Positions 13,178-24,047 are shown, counted from the first letter of the stretch. The stretch: DNA of 64,000 bases from Candidatus Marinacidobacterales bacterium (GCA_965224085.1 CBDCYI010000005.1:2239424-2303423); one strand, 5' to 3'. Numbers and translations are program-made. The notes: generated by a model not told the origin, from the letters alone.

Positions 13178-14264
13178 TGCCTTGGTGCACAACTCCGATA
13201 GAGGCCGAGAGCTCGCTTGGCCCCGACTCCCATCATCCGATCATCTCGCTATCAGGCATCCCGAGCGCCGTCATGGTGTTGAGAATCTTGCACCCGATCC
13301 TTGCCTCGACTCTCTGTGCCGCCAACCCTCTCGCTCGCATTGCTGAGCCCACGATAGCCTTGTAGCGATGGAACGTTGTCTCGACTTTGCTCCGTTTGCT
13401 GTAGCCCGATTCTGTGTGCCACTTTCGTTTGCCGAGCCGAGCTTGTGCTGCAATGTTGCGATTGCGCTGTCGGCTGCTCGCCGGCCCCGATGCGAGCAGG
13501 GCGCCCTTGCGCGGCGGTATCAGCACCCTCGGCGAGCGATGAGCGCTGTGATTCTCGATTGCCTCATAGACGCCGCTGGCGTCGTATGCGGTGTCAGCTC
13601 TGGCCGATGAGATGGGACTGTCGCTCTGTCTGACAAGCGATGCAACCCGCGATGAATCGCGGGCTCTTTTGCTCGTCAGCTCGCCGGCGACGACTTCGCC
13701 ACTCTGCTCGTCGACACACAGATGGAGCTTGCGATAGTCCCTGCTCTTTTGTGCTCTGCGCAGCTGGCCGGCGTGGACAGCGAGACCGCTGCTGTCGATC
13801 AAGATGTGCAACGGCGTCTTCTGCTTGTCTTGGTAGAAGGGGACCTTACCCAGCTTCGCCTTGCGCCTCGAGATCGTGGTGTGATCGGGCACATCATTGT
13901 CTAGCTTCATCAGAGCGAACAACGATCGCAGCAATCCCTCGCTCTGCCTAGACGACAGATGAAACACCATGCCCAGGGTGACAGCCGTCTCGATGGCGTG
14001 GTTCGAGTACTTGCGTTGACGGCCCGGTTTCCTCCTCCTTGGCCGGGGCGCGTCCCAGTTCACAAGCTTGCCGGCGGTGAGCGAGATCCAGACGGTCAGG
14101 CTCCCACGGTTGCGTAGACCCGCCTCATATTCACGCCAATTCCTCACGCGATAGGCCTTCTTCACATACTTCCGCTGAGTGCGTTTGAAAATGCTCATGG
14201 GGAACCTCGAATCCGTGAGTAAAGGACAATTGTGGACCGAGATCGCGAGTTGTGCACCAAGGCA
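13178..14264 (-). mobile_element. IS5 family (IS903 group) element, copy 1
   Basis: 18-bp perfect TIR TGCCTTGGTGCACAACTC at both ends; no matching target duplication. Confidence 0.92.
13233..14198 (-). CDS. IS5 family transposase
   Basis: NWREYEAGLRNRGSLTVW, PDHTTISRR, IDSSG, ADTAYD, YSKRSKVETTF. Confidence 0.95.
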   Translation of the reverse strand: MSIFKRTQRKYVKKAYRVRNWREYEAGLRNRGSLTVWISLTAGKLVNWDAPRPRRRKPGRQRKYSNHAIETAVTLGMVFHLSSRQSEGLLRSLFALMKLDNDVPDHTTISRRKAKLGKVPFYQDKQKTPLHILIDSSGLAVHAGQLRRAQKSRDYRKLHLCVDEQSGEVVAGELTSKRARDSSRVASLVRQSDSPISSARADTAYDASGVYEAIENHSAHRSPRVLIPPRKGALLASGPASSRQRNRNIAAQARLGKRKWHTESGYSKRSKVETTFHRYKAIVGSAMRARGLAAQRVEARIGCKILNTMTALGMPDSEMIG

Positions 14265-14409
14265 GGCTTTCGCTGCGACGGGCGTTGGCTCGGGGGCAAC
14301 GCTCGGCCAGACCGTGAAGAATTTCCTCCAAGCTCCTTGAACGAGATCCGACCGGATGCGCGGGCCAGCACAACAACACCGGCAGGATCGAGACCCGCAG
14401 CTCTTTCAT
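14265..14409 (-). pseudogene. 5' fragment of a signal-peptide gene cut by IS5
   Basis: GGAG-rich RBS then MKELRVSILPVLLCWPA..., running into the IS TIR. Confidence 0.5.
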
Positions 14410-14466
14410 TACTTCTCCTCCCTGGGAAATCACATTCACGTCCGCGGACCTCTCGGAAGACTTCAC

Positions 14467-14640
14467 TCACTCGTTCGAGATGAGAACGAGCTCGCGCTCG
14501 CCGAGAGGCTGCACCGGACGGTCGTTCTCGTGAAGGTGCGACGTGATGGCCGCGATCTGCTCCGTGGAGATCTCGACACGCTCGCCCCACACGATCCATT
14601 CGACGCCCTGGGAGCATGGAGTGGTGGTGAACCATCGTCA
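14467..14640 (-). pseudogene. alpha-carbonic anhydrase C-terminal fragment
   Basis: Manual translation ...TTPCSQGVEWIVWGERVEISTEQIAAITSHLHENDRPVQPLGERELVL resembles the GSLTTPPC.EGV.W...N.RP.QPL..R signature; frameshifted upstream. Confidence 0.7.
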
Positions 14641-14727
14641 TTGGCAAAAGAATTGCTATGTGTCGAGTCTCTTCTCCTTCGACGCCTCCGAGCTCATCGC
14701 GAAAATGCGCTGCACGGTTCACTCGCC

Positions 14728-15055
14728 TTAGCGTTCAAACACTACGTTTCCTTTGAAGAGCGTCGTCTGGACTTCTGTTTTGTGGATCTCGGTCTCCGGG
14801 ATCTCGAAAAGGTTGTGGTTGAGGATGATCATGTCGGCCCACTTGCCTACCTCGATAGAGCCCGTCACATCGTCCAGTCGAAGTGACCAGGCGACGTTGA
14901 TCGTGTGCGCAATGATGGCTTCTTCCAGAGTCAAAGCATGCTGCGGACCCATCTTTTCGACATCCGGCTTGCCAGGAAATCCCCGAGTGATGGTGGCTTC
15001 CATTCCGAACCATGGCCACAGGACAGCCACCGGGGCGTCGCTGTGACTGAACAGG
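14728..15055 (-). pseudogene. amidohydrolase (YtcJ/Amidohydro_3-like) C-terminal fragment
   Basis: SDAPV...LTLEEAIIAHTINVA...GSIEVGKWADMIIL...TTLFKGNVVFER; N-terminal part absent. Confidence 0.8.
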
Positions 15056-15189
15056 CGAATTCCGGCTTCCCATGGACGACGGAGCGCATCGTAGTCTTCA
15101 AAGACGGCTGCCCGTCGACGAGAACATCGAAGCTGTTCTTTGTCTCGTCCCGTACGGCAGGACGCGTCGTCCGCAGCGATCGATCGCGA

Positions 15190-16350
15190 ACGGAATCACG
15201 CCTTGATTCAGTTCGGGATCGCTCACCGCCGCCGACGCGTCTTGCATCCACGAGCCATAGACCGTCGTTTTCGAGCTCAGGCGCTGCTCGACCCCGACGC
15301 CAAAGTTTACTATCGCACGCGCCGAGTGGTTCACCAACGGGTCGAAAGCCCCGCCCATCGGCCGGATCACGACAGGCTCCGCCTCGATGACCGTGTAAGG
15401 ATCCACCGAGCCGAACACTCACCCGAGACATGGATCGCGGTATCGGCAAATCGATACCGCAGTCCGAAAGCGACCGACATCGGCGACTTGTAGCGCGTCT
15501 CGAGGTTCCGCTGAAGCTGGCTCGCGATCGCGCTGTCCGGGCTTGTGTCACCGTCGAGGTCGACGCCCGTAATCAACCTCTGAACGTCGACCTTACCGTC
15601 GCCAAACAGACCAACGCCGGGCGTAGTCAAGGCTACACCGAGGCTCAGCGCATCGATCGGCCGGTAGGCAAGACCGAGCTTCCAAAGTAACCTCAAATGG
15701 GAATAGCGGAACTCGTCGCTCTGCAGAACCGACGAGCCGGGGTTGTCCGGCGCCGCGACACCCGCGGTCAGTTGGGTGAGGGTCCGTTGTCCACGCAACA
15801 CGAAGAACTGACTGACGCCGAAGCCAAGGGTCTCGCTAACTCTTCTCGACCAAGTTCCCCCGGCCCAGTACTCTCGAGCGGTCTGATCGACTCTCACGCC
15901 CGCCGTGGAAGCCCTTCCCGCGTCATTGTTTTCATCGCGACGAGCCGACAAACGCAGCGTTAGGTCCTGTCGGGTTAGAAACGCGAACGCATAGCGGTTG
16001 GTTGCACCCGAGCCGATCTGTCCGGACACGAAGCTCGGCGCGAACTCGAGACCCCTCGATCGAAAATCGACGTCCTCTCCGGCGCCGTCGGGGATGCGGA
16101 TTTGCCAGATCTCGAGCGCGTCGAGGCTGAAGGTGAAACGAGGGTCCGCCGCGAGCGCGAGCGCACCGGGGTTGTAAAACGTCGCGCTCAGGTCGTAGGC
16201 GCTTGCGACTACCAGGCCGCCCAGAAGGGTCTCCGTGGGGCCGTACTGCCGGGTCCAATAGTGGGCGTCCTGCGCCCAAGCGGCTACGCTCGTCAGACAG
16301 CAAAGCGCTGCCAGCAGGAGTCTCCCTGGTGGTGAGTCGATGGTCGCCAT
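15190..16350 (-). pseudogene. FadL/OmpP1-like outer membrane protein, frameshifted and 3'-truncated
   Basis: Signal peptide, DLSATFYNPGALA motif, beta-strand pattern; frame change near 15418 into ORF 15098..15418. Confidence 0.65.
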
Positions 16351-16635
16351 CCGAACCGTACCTGCTCCTAGAACCTAACGCGAGACGTAAAAGGTAACAT
16401 CCGCAGCGGCTAAGTGCGTAGTGTTCGCTCGTCCTTCGTCCCGCGCTCAGCACCCGCTTCGCTCGCGCTCAGTACGGCTGAGCTCTTCGTGCTCCGAGAG
16501 CGGCGGAGCTTTGCCGGCGCAGGCCCCGAGAATTAGGCTCAGACATACCGCTTGGCGGACGTTTGTCATCCCGGTTAGACTGCTTTCCGCCCGAATTCCA
16601 GGCAAGTGACACTATACTAAAATGGATCAGGCCAA

Positions 16636-16866
16636 GTGAGCTCTGGGCGCACGCCCCCCGGGGACGAGCCGACCCGCCATCCGTGGATCTGGGTCGTCTA
16701 CGCGGTGCTCTTCGTCGCGGCCATCCCCTGGTACCTCCCGTCCGAAGCGGCCTCCACGACTTGGCTAGGCTTCCCCCTCTGGGTCACGCTGTCGCTCGCA
16801 GCAACCTTCGCCATCGCACTCTTCACGGTCTATGTCATCGGCCGATTCTGGAGTGAGGACGAGTGA
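16636..16866 (+). CDS. small two-TM partner of a sodium:solute symporter (DUF3311/DUF997-like)
   Basis: IPWY...WLGFPLW, two hydrophobic segments; overlaps the symporter start. Confidence 0.75.
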   Translation: MSSGRTPPGDEPTRHPWIWVVYAVLFVAAIPWYLPSEAASTTWLGFPLWVTLSLAATFAIALFTVYVIGRFWSEDE

Positions 16867-18368
16867 GCTCTGTTCCGCTCGGTTACGGCGCCGTCGCGTT
16901 CACGGGCGTCTATCTCGCGGCGATGATAGGTCTCGGTTTTCTCGCGAAGTCGAAGCGAGCGGGAGACTCGCTGAGCGATTTCTATCTCGCTGGCCGGAGC
17001 CTGGGACCGCTCGTGCTCATCCTGACGCTCTACGCGACGCAATATAGCGGCAACACCGTCGTCGGCTACCCGGCCGAGGCGTCGCGCATGGGTTATGCGT
17101 GGATCATGAGCGTGAGCTTCATGATGTCCATCGTCGTGGGCTACCTTCTCTACGCGCCCAAACTGCAGCGCGTCGCCAGGCGCCACGGTTTCGTCACACC
17201 GGGCGATTGGGTCGACTATCGCTTTGGCTTGAATCGCCTGTCGCTACTGACGAACGTTCTTCTCGTCGTCTCCATCGCGAACTATTTGCTCGCCCAGCTC
17301 ATGGCGATGGGCCACGTCGTCGCCGGTATATCGGGGAACTTGATCCCCTATTGGGTGGGAGTGACCGTCCTCGTATTCGTCATCATCATCTATGAAACGC
17401 TCGGGGGGCTCCGGGGCGTCGCATGGACCGACATTCTCCAGGGTGGCATGCTCTTCGTGGGGCTCCTCGGCCTCCTCTACGTCGCCGCCCCAGGTCCGTC
17501 ACACTGGCAAGCGTTGACGGATTGGTTGAGCGCCAATGCTCCGGAGAAGACCGCCATACCGTCACGAGAGGTGCAGACACGCTGGCTGTCCACGGTGCTT
17601 CTCATCGGCTTTTCGGGCTCTGTTTACCCGCAAGCTATTCAACGGATCTACGCGGCGAAGAGCGCTCGCGCCTTGAAGCGCTCGCTTCAATGCATGATTT
17701 TCATACCTCTCGTCACGATGCCGGTTGTTGTTCTCGTGGGGCTCGTCGGCCTTCGACGTTTCACGGGGCTCGAGGGCATCGCAGCGGACCAGATCCTTCC
17801 GATGCTGCTTGCGGAATGGGCGAAGCAATCGGTTTGGACCTATCTCCTCGCGGTCCTCGTCGTCACGGGCACACTGGCCGCCATCATGTCCACTGCCGAT
17901 TCCGTCCTGCTGAGTCTATCGTCCATCTTGTCCAAGGACTTTCTCGGTAAATCGGTTCTCGCGGGCGCCTCGGAAAAACGGCTCACGACCGTCGGCAAGA
18001 GATTGTCGTGGCTCGTGATGGCAGCGCTTGCGTCGATCGCCTTCGTTCCTCGCATGACGTTATGGGGTCTGCTGGAGCTGAAGATGGAGATCCTCGTTCA
18101 GGTCTCTCCGGTTTTTATTCTCGGTGCGATGTGGGAACGACTGGACGGACGCGCCGCGTTCTACGGCGTGCTCGTGGGAGCGGTGCTCGCCACGGGGTTT
18201 GCGCTAGGCGGGGTCGGGCGCTTCGGAGGGCTTCACGCCGGGCTCGTGGCGTGGGCTATCAACGTGGCAATTTGTGTTGGGTTTTCTTTCGTGTTGGCGG
18301 GAGAGCAGCCGGGAGGCCACTCCCCCGCCGAACAAGCGGGTAGCACGGAGGACGTATTAGCCGATTAG
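16863..18368 (+). CDS. sodium:solute symporter family protein
   Basis: DFYLAGRSLG, ATQYS, GGLRGVAWTD.LQG, AAIMSTADS; many TM helices. Confidence 0.93.
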   Translation: MSSVPLGYGAVAFTGVYLAAMIGLGFLAKSKRAGDSLSDFYLAGRSLGPLVLILTLYATQYSGNTVVGYPAEASRMGYAWIMSVSFMMSIVVGYLLYAPKLQRVARRHGFVTPGDWVDYRFGLNRLSLLTNVLLVVSIANYLLAQLMAMGHVVAGISGNLIPYWVGVTVLVFVIIIYETLGGLRGVAWTDILQGGMLFVGLLGLLYVAAPGPSHWQALTDWLSANAPEKTAIPSREVQTRWLSTVLLIGFSGSVYPQAIQRIYAAKSARALKRSLQCMIFIPLVTMPVVVLVGLVGLRRFTGLEGIAADQILPMLLAEWAKQSVWTYLLAVLVVTGTLAAIMSTADSVLLSLSSILSKDFLGKSVLAGASEKRLTTVGKRLSWLVMAALASIAFVPRMTLWGLLELKMEILVQVSPVFILGAMWERLDGRAAFYGVLVGAVLATGFALGGVGRFGGLHAGLVAWAINVAICVGFSFVLAGEQPGGHSPAEQAGSTEDVLAD

Positions 18369-18854
18369 GCCCTGGACCCACATGCTGCCGAATCCGAGAA
18401 GGATAACGGCTTTGCCTTCGAAGTTTCCGTCGCCGGGGAAGATATCGACGACGAGGTGACCGACAGGCTCGTTCGACTTCGTGAAGGTGGAGTCGAGCTT
18501 GATGAGCTTCGCCACGTCGGGCTTATCCCCGAAGGCGAGCTCGCCCGGCGACAAGACCATTTGCCAATCGCCGTCACTCTTTTTGACCACGCCCACAGTG
18601 TACTTACCCGTAGGGATGCTCGCGGAGCCGGCCGTGATGGCGGTCGGCGTTTCGAATTTCGGAAGACCGGGTGAGGCGAACTCGCCAACGCCTAGCTTGG
18701 CAACGTGCTCCATGTTCGCGGGCACGGTAAAGAACGACAAGCTCACTTCCACATTTTCGGAAATCTTCGCGGACGTGGTCTTCTGGAAGTGAGGATGGGC
18801 TATCACGGCCGTCGCGGTCAGGAGCACAACAGCCAGTGCAATCGCTTTCTTCAT
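18357..18854 (-). CDS. secreted protein, DUF2911-like
   Basis: Signal peptide MKKAIALAVVLL; IPTGKYTV...DWQMVL motif. Confidence 0.65.
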   Translation of the reverse strand: MKKAIALAVVLLTATAVIAHPHFQKTTSAKISENVEVSLSFFTVPANMEHVAKLGVGEFASPGLPKFETPTAITAGSASIPTGKYTVGVVKKSDGDWQMVLSPGELAFGDKPDVAKLIKLDSTFTKSNEPVGHLVVDIFPGDGNFEGKAVILLGFGSMWVQGLIG

Positions 18855-19032
18855 TCTTTTTCTCCTAGTCAAACGAAGAGCCCCTCCAGAGGCAATGGGG
18901 CCATATTCCACAATCTGGGCCCGGCGGGCAAGTCCAGCGATCGAAGCATCAGGCGTCGATGTGAATGCGTTAACATGGTGTTTCGAAGCGACCTCCTAGA
19001 ATGGCCCAAGGAGTGATTGAGGCAATGACGCA

Positions 19033-19203
19033 ATGAGACACAAAACCGCTCAGGTCGTGATAGCCCTTTGGCTTGTGGCACCGGGCGCAGCTTTCGCTCA
19101 AAACGTCATCGGGGGCACCGAGGATCTGGAATTCGACCGGCCCGAATCGTGGGGGATGAAGTTCTTTGCGTCGCTGTCCACTATCCTAGCGAGGCTTGCT
19201 TAG
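19033..19203 (+). pseudogene. 5' fragment of a secreted protein gene
   Basis: Manual translation MRHKTAQVVIALWLVAPGAAFAQNVIGGTEDLEFDRPESWGMKFFAS..., ending on collision with the convergent gene. Confidence 0.5.
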
Positions 19204-20775
19204 GCTCAGGCGTTGGTTGCCTTCTATGCGTGAGGCGGCAGTTTGGGTGTTGTCGGGCCACAGGACCGCGACCCAGTCGGCGCCGGTCCAGTTGCCGAGG
19301 CCGAAGCGAACGCTCAGCTCGTTTTGGGAGGCTCGGCTCGAACCACCTGCGATGTCCTTGAATTGCACGATGTCGCCCGTTTTTACGGCGATGCGGGCGG
19401 AGACGCCTCGTTCGACGGCGACTTCCAGCCAACGATGGGAGCCACGGGTGGTCACGTTCTTGTAGAGGACGATCGGGGTTCCGTCTGTGGTCGCGATCAC
19501 GATATCGGTGCCGCCGTCTCGGTCGTAATCCGCGAAGGCCACCGCCACGTTATGAGAGGCGGCGGGGGACAGGACGGGCGGATGGGCGATCGTCTGAACG
19601 TCGAAGCGCGCGACGGGGGTCCCGCGGTGCCGATAGGCTAAATACGGGCGGTCGTCTTCCTGAGCCAAGAAGATATCCGGCCAGCCGTCGAGGTCGAAGT
19701 CTTCGAAGCCAAGTCCCCAGCCGAAATCGCCTGCGGTGCCCGCGGCGTGCGTAATGTTCGTGAACGACCCGTCGCTGCCGTTGAGCAACAGAGGATGATC
19801 ACCTAAGTTCGAAACGTAGTAATCGAGATAGCCGTTTCGGTCGATATCCGCGCCGTCGATCCCCATCGGGTAGCTGATGCTCGCGTCGGTCCGGCTCGTG
19901 ATATCGATGAAGCGCTCGGCGTTCTCATTCTCGAGAAGGATATGTCCGCCGCGATCGTTCCAAATCCAGAGGTCCTGATCCCCGTCGTTATCGATGTCGC
20001 TCCACATGACCGCGCAGGGATTTCCGACGGGATGGGTCCGTACCCCCGTTGTGAGGCTCACGTCCTCGAACCGACCGCCTCCAAGATTTCTCAGAAGATA
20101 GGCGTTGTGCTCGCCGAGAAGCGCACTGGAGGCGGAGACGATGTCCAGACGGCCGTCGCGATCGTAATCTCCGATGGCGACGATCTTGCTGCGGCCGTCC
20201 GAAGCGAGGCTTTGTGACGATTCCGGGCCGCCGGCGCCAGCTTCCGACGTCGCGTCTTCGAAAATTGGGAAAACTCCGTCGCCGCTGTTTCGAAGCAGCA
20301 CGTCCCTCGGATGTGCGCCGATGTAGAGGTCGACATCACCGTCGTCGTCGTAATCCCCGGCCGCGACGGAGTAAGTGTCGCGACCACCCAGGATAGCCGT
20401 TACACCGGACGCCGCCGAGACGTCCTCGAAAGTGCCGTCTCCGCGATTTCGGTAGTGGAGCGACGCGAAACCTCCGGCGCCCGCATTGCTCATCCCGTTC
20501 GCCACGAAGATATCGGCGAACCCGTCGCCGTTCAAATCCACAAAGGCGATGCCGACGCCGTGCGTGTTCCCGCCGCCGCGCGCGCCGCCGAGCCCAGCGG
20601 CTTGGGACGTGTTGATGAAACGGAGCGCCGAGGCAGGTGTCGTTTGGGTGATCTGCCGGGGTGTGTGACCGAAGTCCGGCGCGCCTGTGAAATCGATGGG
20701 CGTCCAGAATGGATCTTGCGCCCGTGCGACCACAGCGAGTAGACCGAGCGCCAGAAGCACCGCATAGCGGCTCAT
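19186..20775 (-). CDS. CRTAC1 family FG-GAP repeat protein with ASPIC/UnbV domain
   Basis: Repeated DxxxDGxxD motifs; C-terminal GGSSRASQNE...FGLG...V.WP. Confidence 0.9.
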   Translation of the reverse strand: MSRYAVLLALGLLAVVARAQDPFWTPIDFTGAPDFGHTPRQITQTTPASALRFINTSQAAGLGGARGGGNTHGVGIAFVDLNGDGFADIFVANGMSNAGAGGFASLHYRNRGDGTFEDVSAASGVTAILGGRDTYSVAAGDYDDDGDVDLYIGAHPRDVLLRNSGDGVFPIFEDATSEAGAGGPESSQSLASDGRSKIVAIGDYDRDGRLDIVSASSALLGEHNAYLLRNLGGGRFEDVSLTTGVRTHPVGNPCAVMWSDIDNDGDQDLWIWNDRGGHILLENENAERFIDITSRTDASISYPMGIDGADIDRNGYLDYYVSNLGDHPLLLNGSDGSFTNITHAAGTAGDFGWGLGFEDFDLDGWPDIFLAQEDDRPYLAYRHRGTPVARFDVQTIAHPPVLSPAASHNVAVAFADYDRDGGTDIVIATTDGTPIVLYKNVTTRGSHRWLEVAVERGVSARIAVKTGDIVQFKDIAGGSSRASQNELSVRFGLGNWTGADWVAVLWPDNTQTAASRIEGNQRLSLSKPR

Positions 20776-20790
20776 ACACCCAGTATAGCC

Positions 20791-21270
20791 TCAGGCCGTG
20801 GTGGAAGCTGTGAGCTTCATGGCACCTCGATAGAGGCAGTAGAGGCCGCCCATTTGAATCACATGGTAAATGTCGTTCTGGTTGACGTGCTGATTGAGCG
20901 AAAGCTTGGCGACGAGCACCAAGAGCGCCACGAGGCTGACCGCTATGGCCCATTTGAGCCAGCGGACGCCTTGCTGGCGCGCGGCGTCGCTCGCCGCGTC
21001 CCGACGGACCGCGGAACGGACGCCGGCAACAATCAAGAGCACCGAACCGATGGCGATCGACCACAAAGTGAGATCCCAGACCCGTTTCCAGTGGTCGCCC
21101 AGCGGAACCCGAAATCCATGCGCCGTTCCTCCCAGGAGCGCGGCGATGGCCGTGACCAGAAAGGCGGCCACCCATAGCTTCGACCGGCGCCAGAGCGCGG
21201 CGGTGAACGACAGGCACAGCGCGGCGAGTGCGTAGTCGGTCAACATCGTGACGGGCTCGAGAATCACCAT
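20791..21270 (-). CDS. membrane protein (DUF6962-like)
   Basis: EPVTMLTDY, GGTAHG, NQNDIYHVIQ; about 5 TM segments. Confidence 0.7.
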   Translation of the reverse strand: MVILEPVTMLTDYALAALCLSFTAALWRRSKLWVAAFLVTAIAALLGGTAHGFRVPLGDHWKRVWDLTLWSIAIGSVLLIVAGVRSAVRRDAASDAARQQGVRWLKWAIAVSLVALLVLVAKLSLNQHVNQNDIYHVIQMGGLYCLYRGAMKLTASTTA

Positions 21271-21471
21271 GGCGGATACTCTCTACAACAAATAAAATAG
21301 GCGAGAACTTTCTCGCGGAGGCGACCTTCGCGCGCTTCGACGTTATCGCCAAAGGAGAGGATTTTCGTCTCAACCGGTTGAGCTTCGCGGCCGGGTTTCG
21401 ATTCTAGAGCTCGTTCTTCGGCGGTCTTCGAATACGCAGCCCTTTTTTCATCCTCTCGGGGAGACATCGTC

Positions 21472-22494
21472 ATGCTCTCACGACTCATGGTCCTGACCTT
21501 CGTGGTCTTGGGCATCCACCCGCTCTACGGTCGCGACAAAACGGACATCGTCTACTTCGTCAACGGTGATGTGATCCATTGCGAGATCAAAGGTCTCGCG
21601 CGCGGCAAGCTCACCGTCAAAAGCATTGGATTCGGCACCATAAACATCGAGTGGGACAAGATCGCGCACATCGAGAGCGAACATCCTTATCAGCTCGAGC
21701 TTCAGTCCGGGATCCGCTATCTGGGCGCGGTGGCGCCCGGTGAAGAGAGCGGGAAGATCGAGGTGCAGACGCTCGCGGGCACCAGTCGGCTGGACCAGGC
21801 GCGCATCGTTTCCATCGAGCCGGTCGAGGAGAGCTTCTTCCAACGTTTGGACGGCTCGATCGATCTCGGCTACGACTTCACGGTTGCTTCGAGCGCAACG
21901 AGCTGGTCGCTCAATGCGCAGACGACGTATGTCGGAGAACACTACGACGCCAAGATCGCATTCGATTCCCTCTACAAGACCCAGGAAGGCGCGGAACCGG
22001 TCAACCGGCAGAATATCGATATCACCTATTCGCGTCATTTTCGGGGCCGCTGGTTCTCCGTCGGGCTCGGACAGATCGAAAAGAACGACAATCAAGCTCT
22101 CGAGGTTCGCGGTCTCCTCGGCGGGGGGATCGGCCGAAGGCTCGTGCAAACGAACCGGACCAGGTTCTCCTTGATCGGCGGCGCGGCATTCTCGAACGAG
22201 AAATACACGGATACAGACTTCATGAAGAACGTCGAGATAGCCGGTGGCGTCCTCTTCGATACGTTTCGATTCAACTCCCCCGAAATCCAAGTCACCTCGA
22301 GCGCGCTCTTTCTTCCGAACGTTCTTCAGGCGGGTCGCGTGCGGATTCAAGCCCAAGCCAAGGTCAGGCTCGAGCTTTTCAAAGATCTCTACTGGCAACT
22401 GAGTCTCTTCGAGAGCTTCGACAGCGATCCTCCGAGCGAGCTCTCCCAGCGCAACGACTTCGGGATCACAACCTCATTCGGCTGGAGCTTTTGA
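21472..22494 (+). CDS. DUF481-like outer membrane beta-barrel protein
   Basis: D.VYFVNGD...EIK N-domain, GGGIGRRLV, terminal FGWSF. Confidence 0.8.
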   Translation: MLSRLMVLTFVVLGIHPLYGRDKTDIVYFVNGDVIHCEIKGLARGKLTVKSIGFGTINIEWDKIAHIESEHPYQLELQSGIRYLGAVAPGEESGKIEVQTLAGTSRLDQARIVSIEPVEESFFQRLDGSIDLGYDFTVASSATSWSLNAQTTYVGEHYDAKIAFDSLYKTQEGAEPVNRQNIDITYSRHFRGRWFSVGLGQIEKNDNQALEVRGLLGGGIGRRLVQTNRTRFSLIGGAAFSNEKYTDTDFMKNVEIAGGVLFDTFRFNSPEIQVTSSALFLPNVLQAGRVRIQAQAKVRLELFKDLYWQLSLFESFDSDPPSELSQRNDFGITTSFGWSF

Positions 22495-23445
22495 CGCGTT
22501 CAGTTTGTAGCTGATGACAGCGCCGAGTAGGCCCGCCGTGAAACCAGCCGGCACATCGACCCCGTGGTGATAGCGGGTATAGACGCAGGCCACACTCATC
22601 CCGAGCGCGAACAACGCGAGAACCAAGGCAGGCTTTCTCTGGAACGGAAGAAGGCCAAATACCATACCCCACGACCCAGCCACATGCGCACTAGGGAAGC
22701 AGCCGCCGGACACGGCGCCGTGCTCGATGATCCTCTCGATGGCGGGGACGAAGACAACGCCCGTAAACGGCGTCATCCCCGCCATTAGCTCCGGGTTCTC
22801 CCATGGGCCGCGCGCGGGCAGATAGGGGTACCAAACAAAGCAGAGAAAAAACGCGGTGATGACCGAGGTCAGCGTCGATTGAAATCCTGGAGCCGGTTTG
22901 GGCGAGCCCCTCGAGCCCATCCACGCGATGACGACGCCTCCGATGAGGATCAAGTAGTAGGAGAAGTAAAACGCGTGCATGAGCTCGTCCTGCACGAGGC
23001 CGACCCAGCCGTTCATCGTTATCGCCGGGAGCTCGCCGAAGAGCCATCGATCCGCCGCGTAAAGATGGCTTTCGAACCAGTGCGGCGCGTGGCTCCACAT
23101 CGCGTTCACGGTCTGGGCCCCTTCCTCGAAATAGAACAAGATGAGCAGCAGCGGATAGCTATACCGCAAGAAGCGGAGCCCACCGCGCACATGGCCTTTA
23201 GAACCGGTGAGGGGCACCGTCTCCCATCGGCTGCCACGCGGCAGCAGAATGATGGCCGCGAGCACGAAAACATGCAGCGCAAGAATCGAAACGGGCGCGG
23301 GCATCGTCGCGCGAAAGATGATCGTAAAGATCGCGATGATCGCCGTATAGCCAAAGACGATCCCGTCGAGTGGGGTGAAGCGATTCTTCAAATCCACACC
23401 CGCGGCCGCCGTGCTCACTTCGCATTCCACTGAAAGCTCTTCCAT
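22474..23445 (-). CDS. PAP2 family membrane phosphatase
   Basis: PARGP, FPSAHVA, RYHHGVD motifs. Confidence 0.88.
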   Translation of the reverse strand: MEELSVECEVSTAAAGVDLKNRFTPLDGIVFGYTAIIAIFTIIFRATMPAPVSILALHVFVLAAIILLPRGSRWETVPLTGSKGHVRGGLRFLRYSYPLLLILFYFEEGAQTVNAMWSHAPHWFESHLYAADRWLFGELPAITMNGWVGLVQDELMHAFYFSYYLILIGGVVIAWMGSRGSPKPAPGFQSTLTSVITAFFLCFVWYPYLPARGPWENPELMAGMTPFTGVVFVPAIERIIEHGAVSGGCFPSAHVAGSWGMVFGLLPFQRKPALVLALFALGMSVACVYTRYHHGVDVPAGFTAGLLGAVISYKLNASKAPAE

Positions 23446-23612
23446 GTTACCTCTCTGAACGGATAGGATGGCCTAACCCATCGGATAGACGCCGGGACGC
23501 CGGGCTCCGATTTTCCACTATTTTTTGCGCCGCTCCGGACGCGGCAAGTCTTTTGCAAAGGGTATGCCTGGAAACGGCGACACTCGCCGCCGCCGTACAA
23601 CAGGGAGGAAAT

Positions 23613-24047
23613 GTGAGAAGAGCGTTACTCGTGTTGATGACAACGTGGGCTTTGGTCTGGATGATTGGATGCGAGACGAACCGAGCCCCGCTCACCGCTC
23701 CGGACACCGATCCGGGCAATCCGGTGGGGTCTTGGGTACTCCAATCGTTCGAGCGGAGTGACGGTAGTGTCGTGCCGGTACCCGAGCCTGGGCAATACAC
23801 GCTCGATCTCCGCGACGACGGACGCGCGCACGTTCGGGCCGATTGCAACCTATGCAATGGCGGCTACGACGTGACGGGCTCGAGCCTCTCTTTCGGGCTC
23901 ATGGCTTGCACGCTCGCCGCCTGCCCCCCCGGCTCGCTCGAGCGGGACTACTTGGAAGCGCTCGGCTCCACGTCGATGTTCCAAGTGACCGGGAGCAGCC
24001 TGGCACTTGCCTATGAGGGTGGTGTCCCGAAATTCCAGGCGCCGTAG
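23613..24047 (+). CDS. META domain lipoprotein
   Basis: Lipobox MIGC; ADCN..NGGY, CTLAAC...ERDYLEAL; GGAGG RBS before GTG. Confidence 0.85.
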   Translation: MRRALLVLMTTWALVWMIGCETNRAPLTAPDTDPGNPVGSWVLQSFERSDGSVVPVPEPGQYTLDLRDDGRAHVRADCNLCNGGYDVTGSSLSFGLMACTLAACPPGSLERDYLEALGSTSMFQVTGSSLALAYEGGVPKFQAP

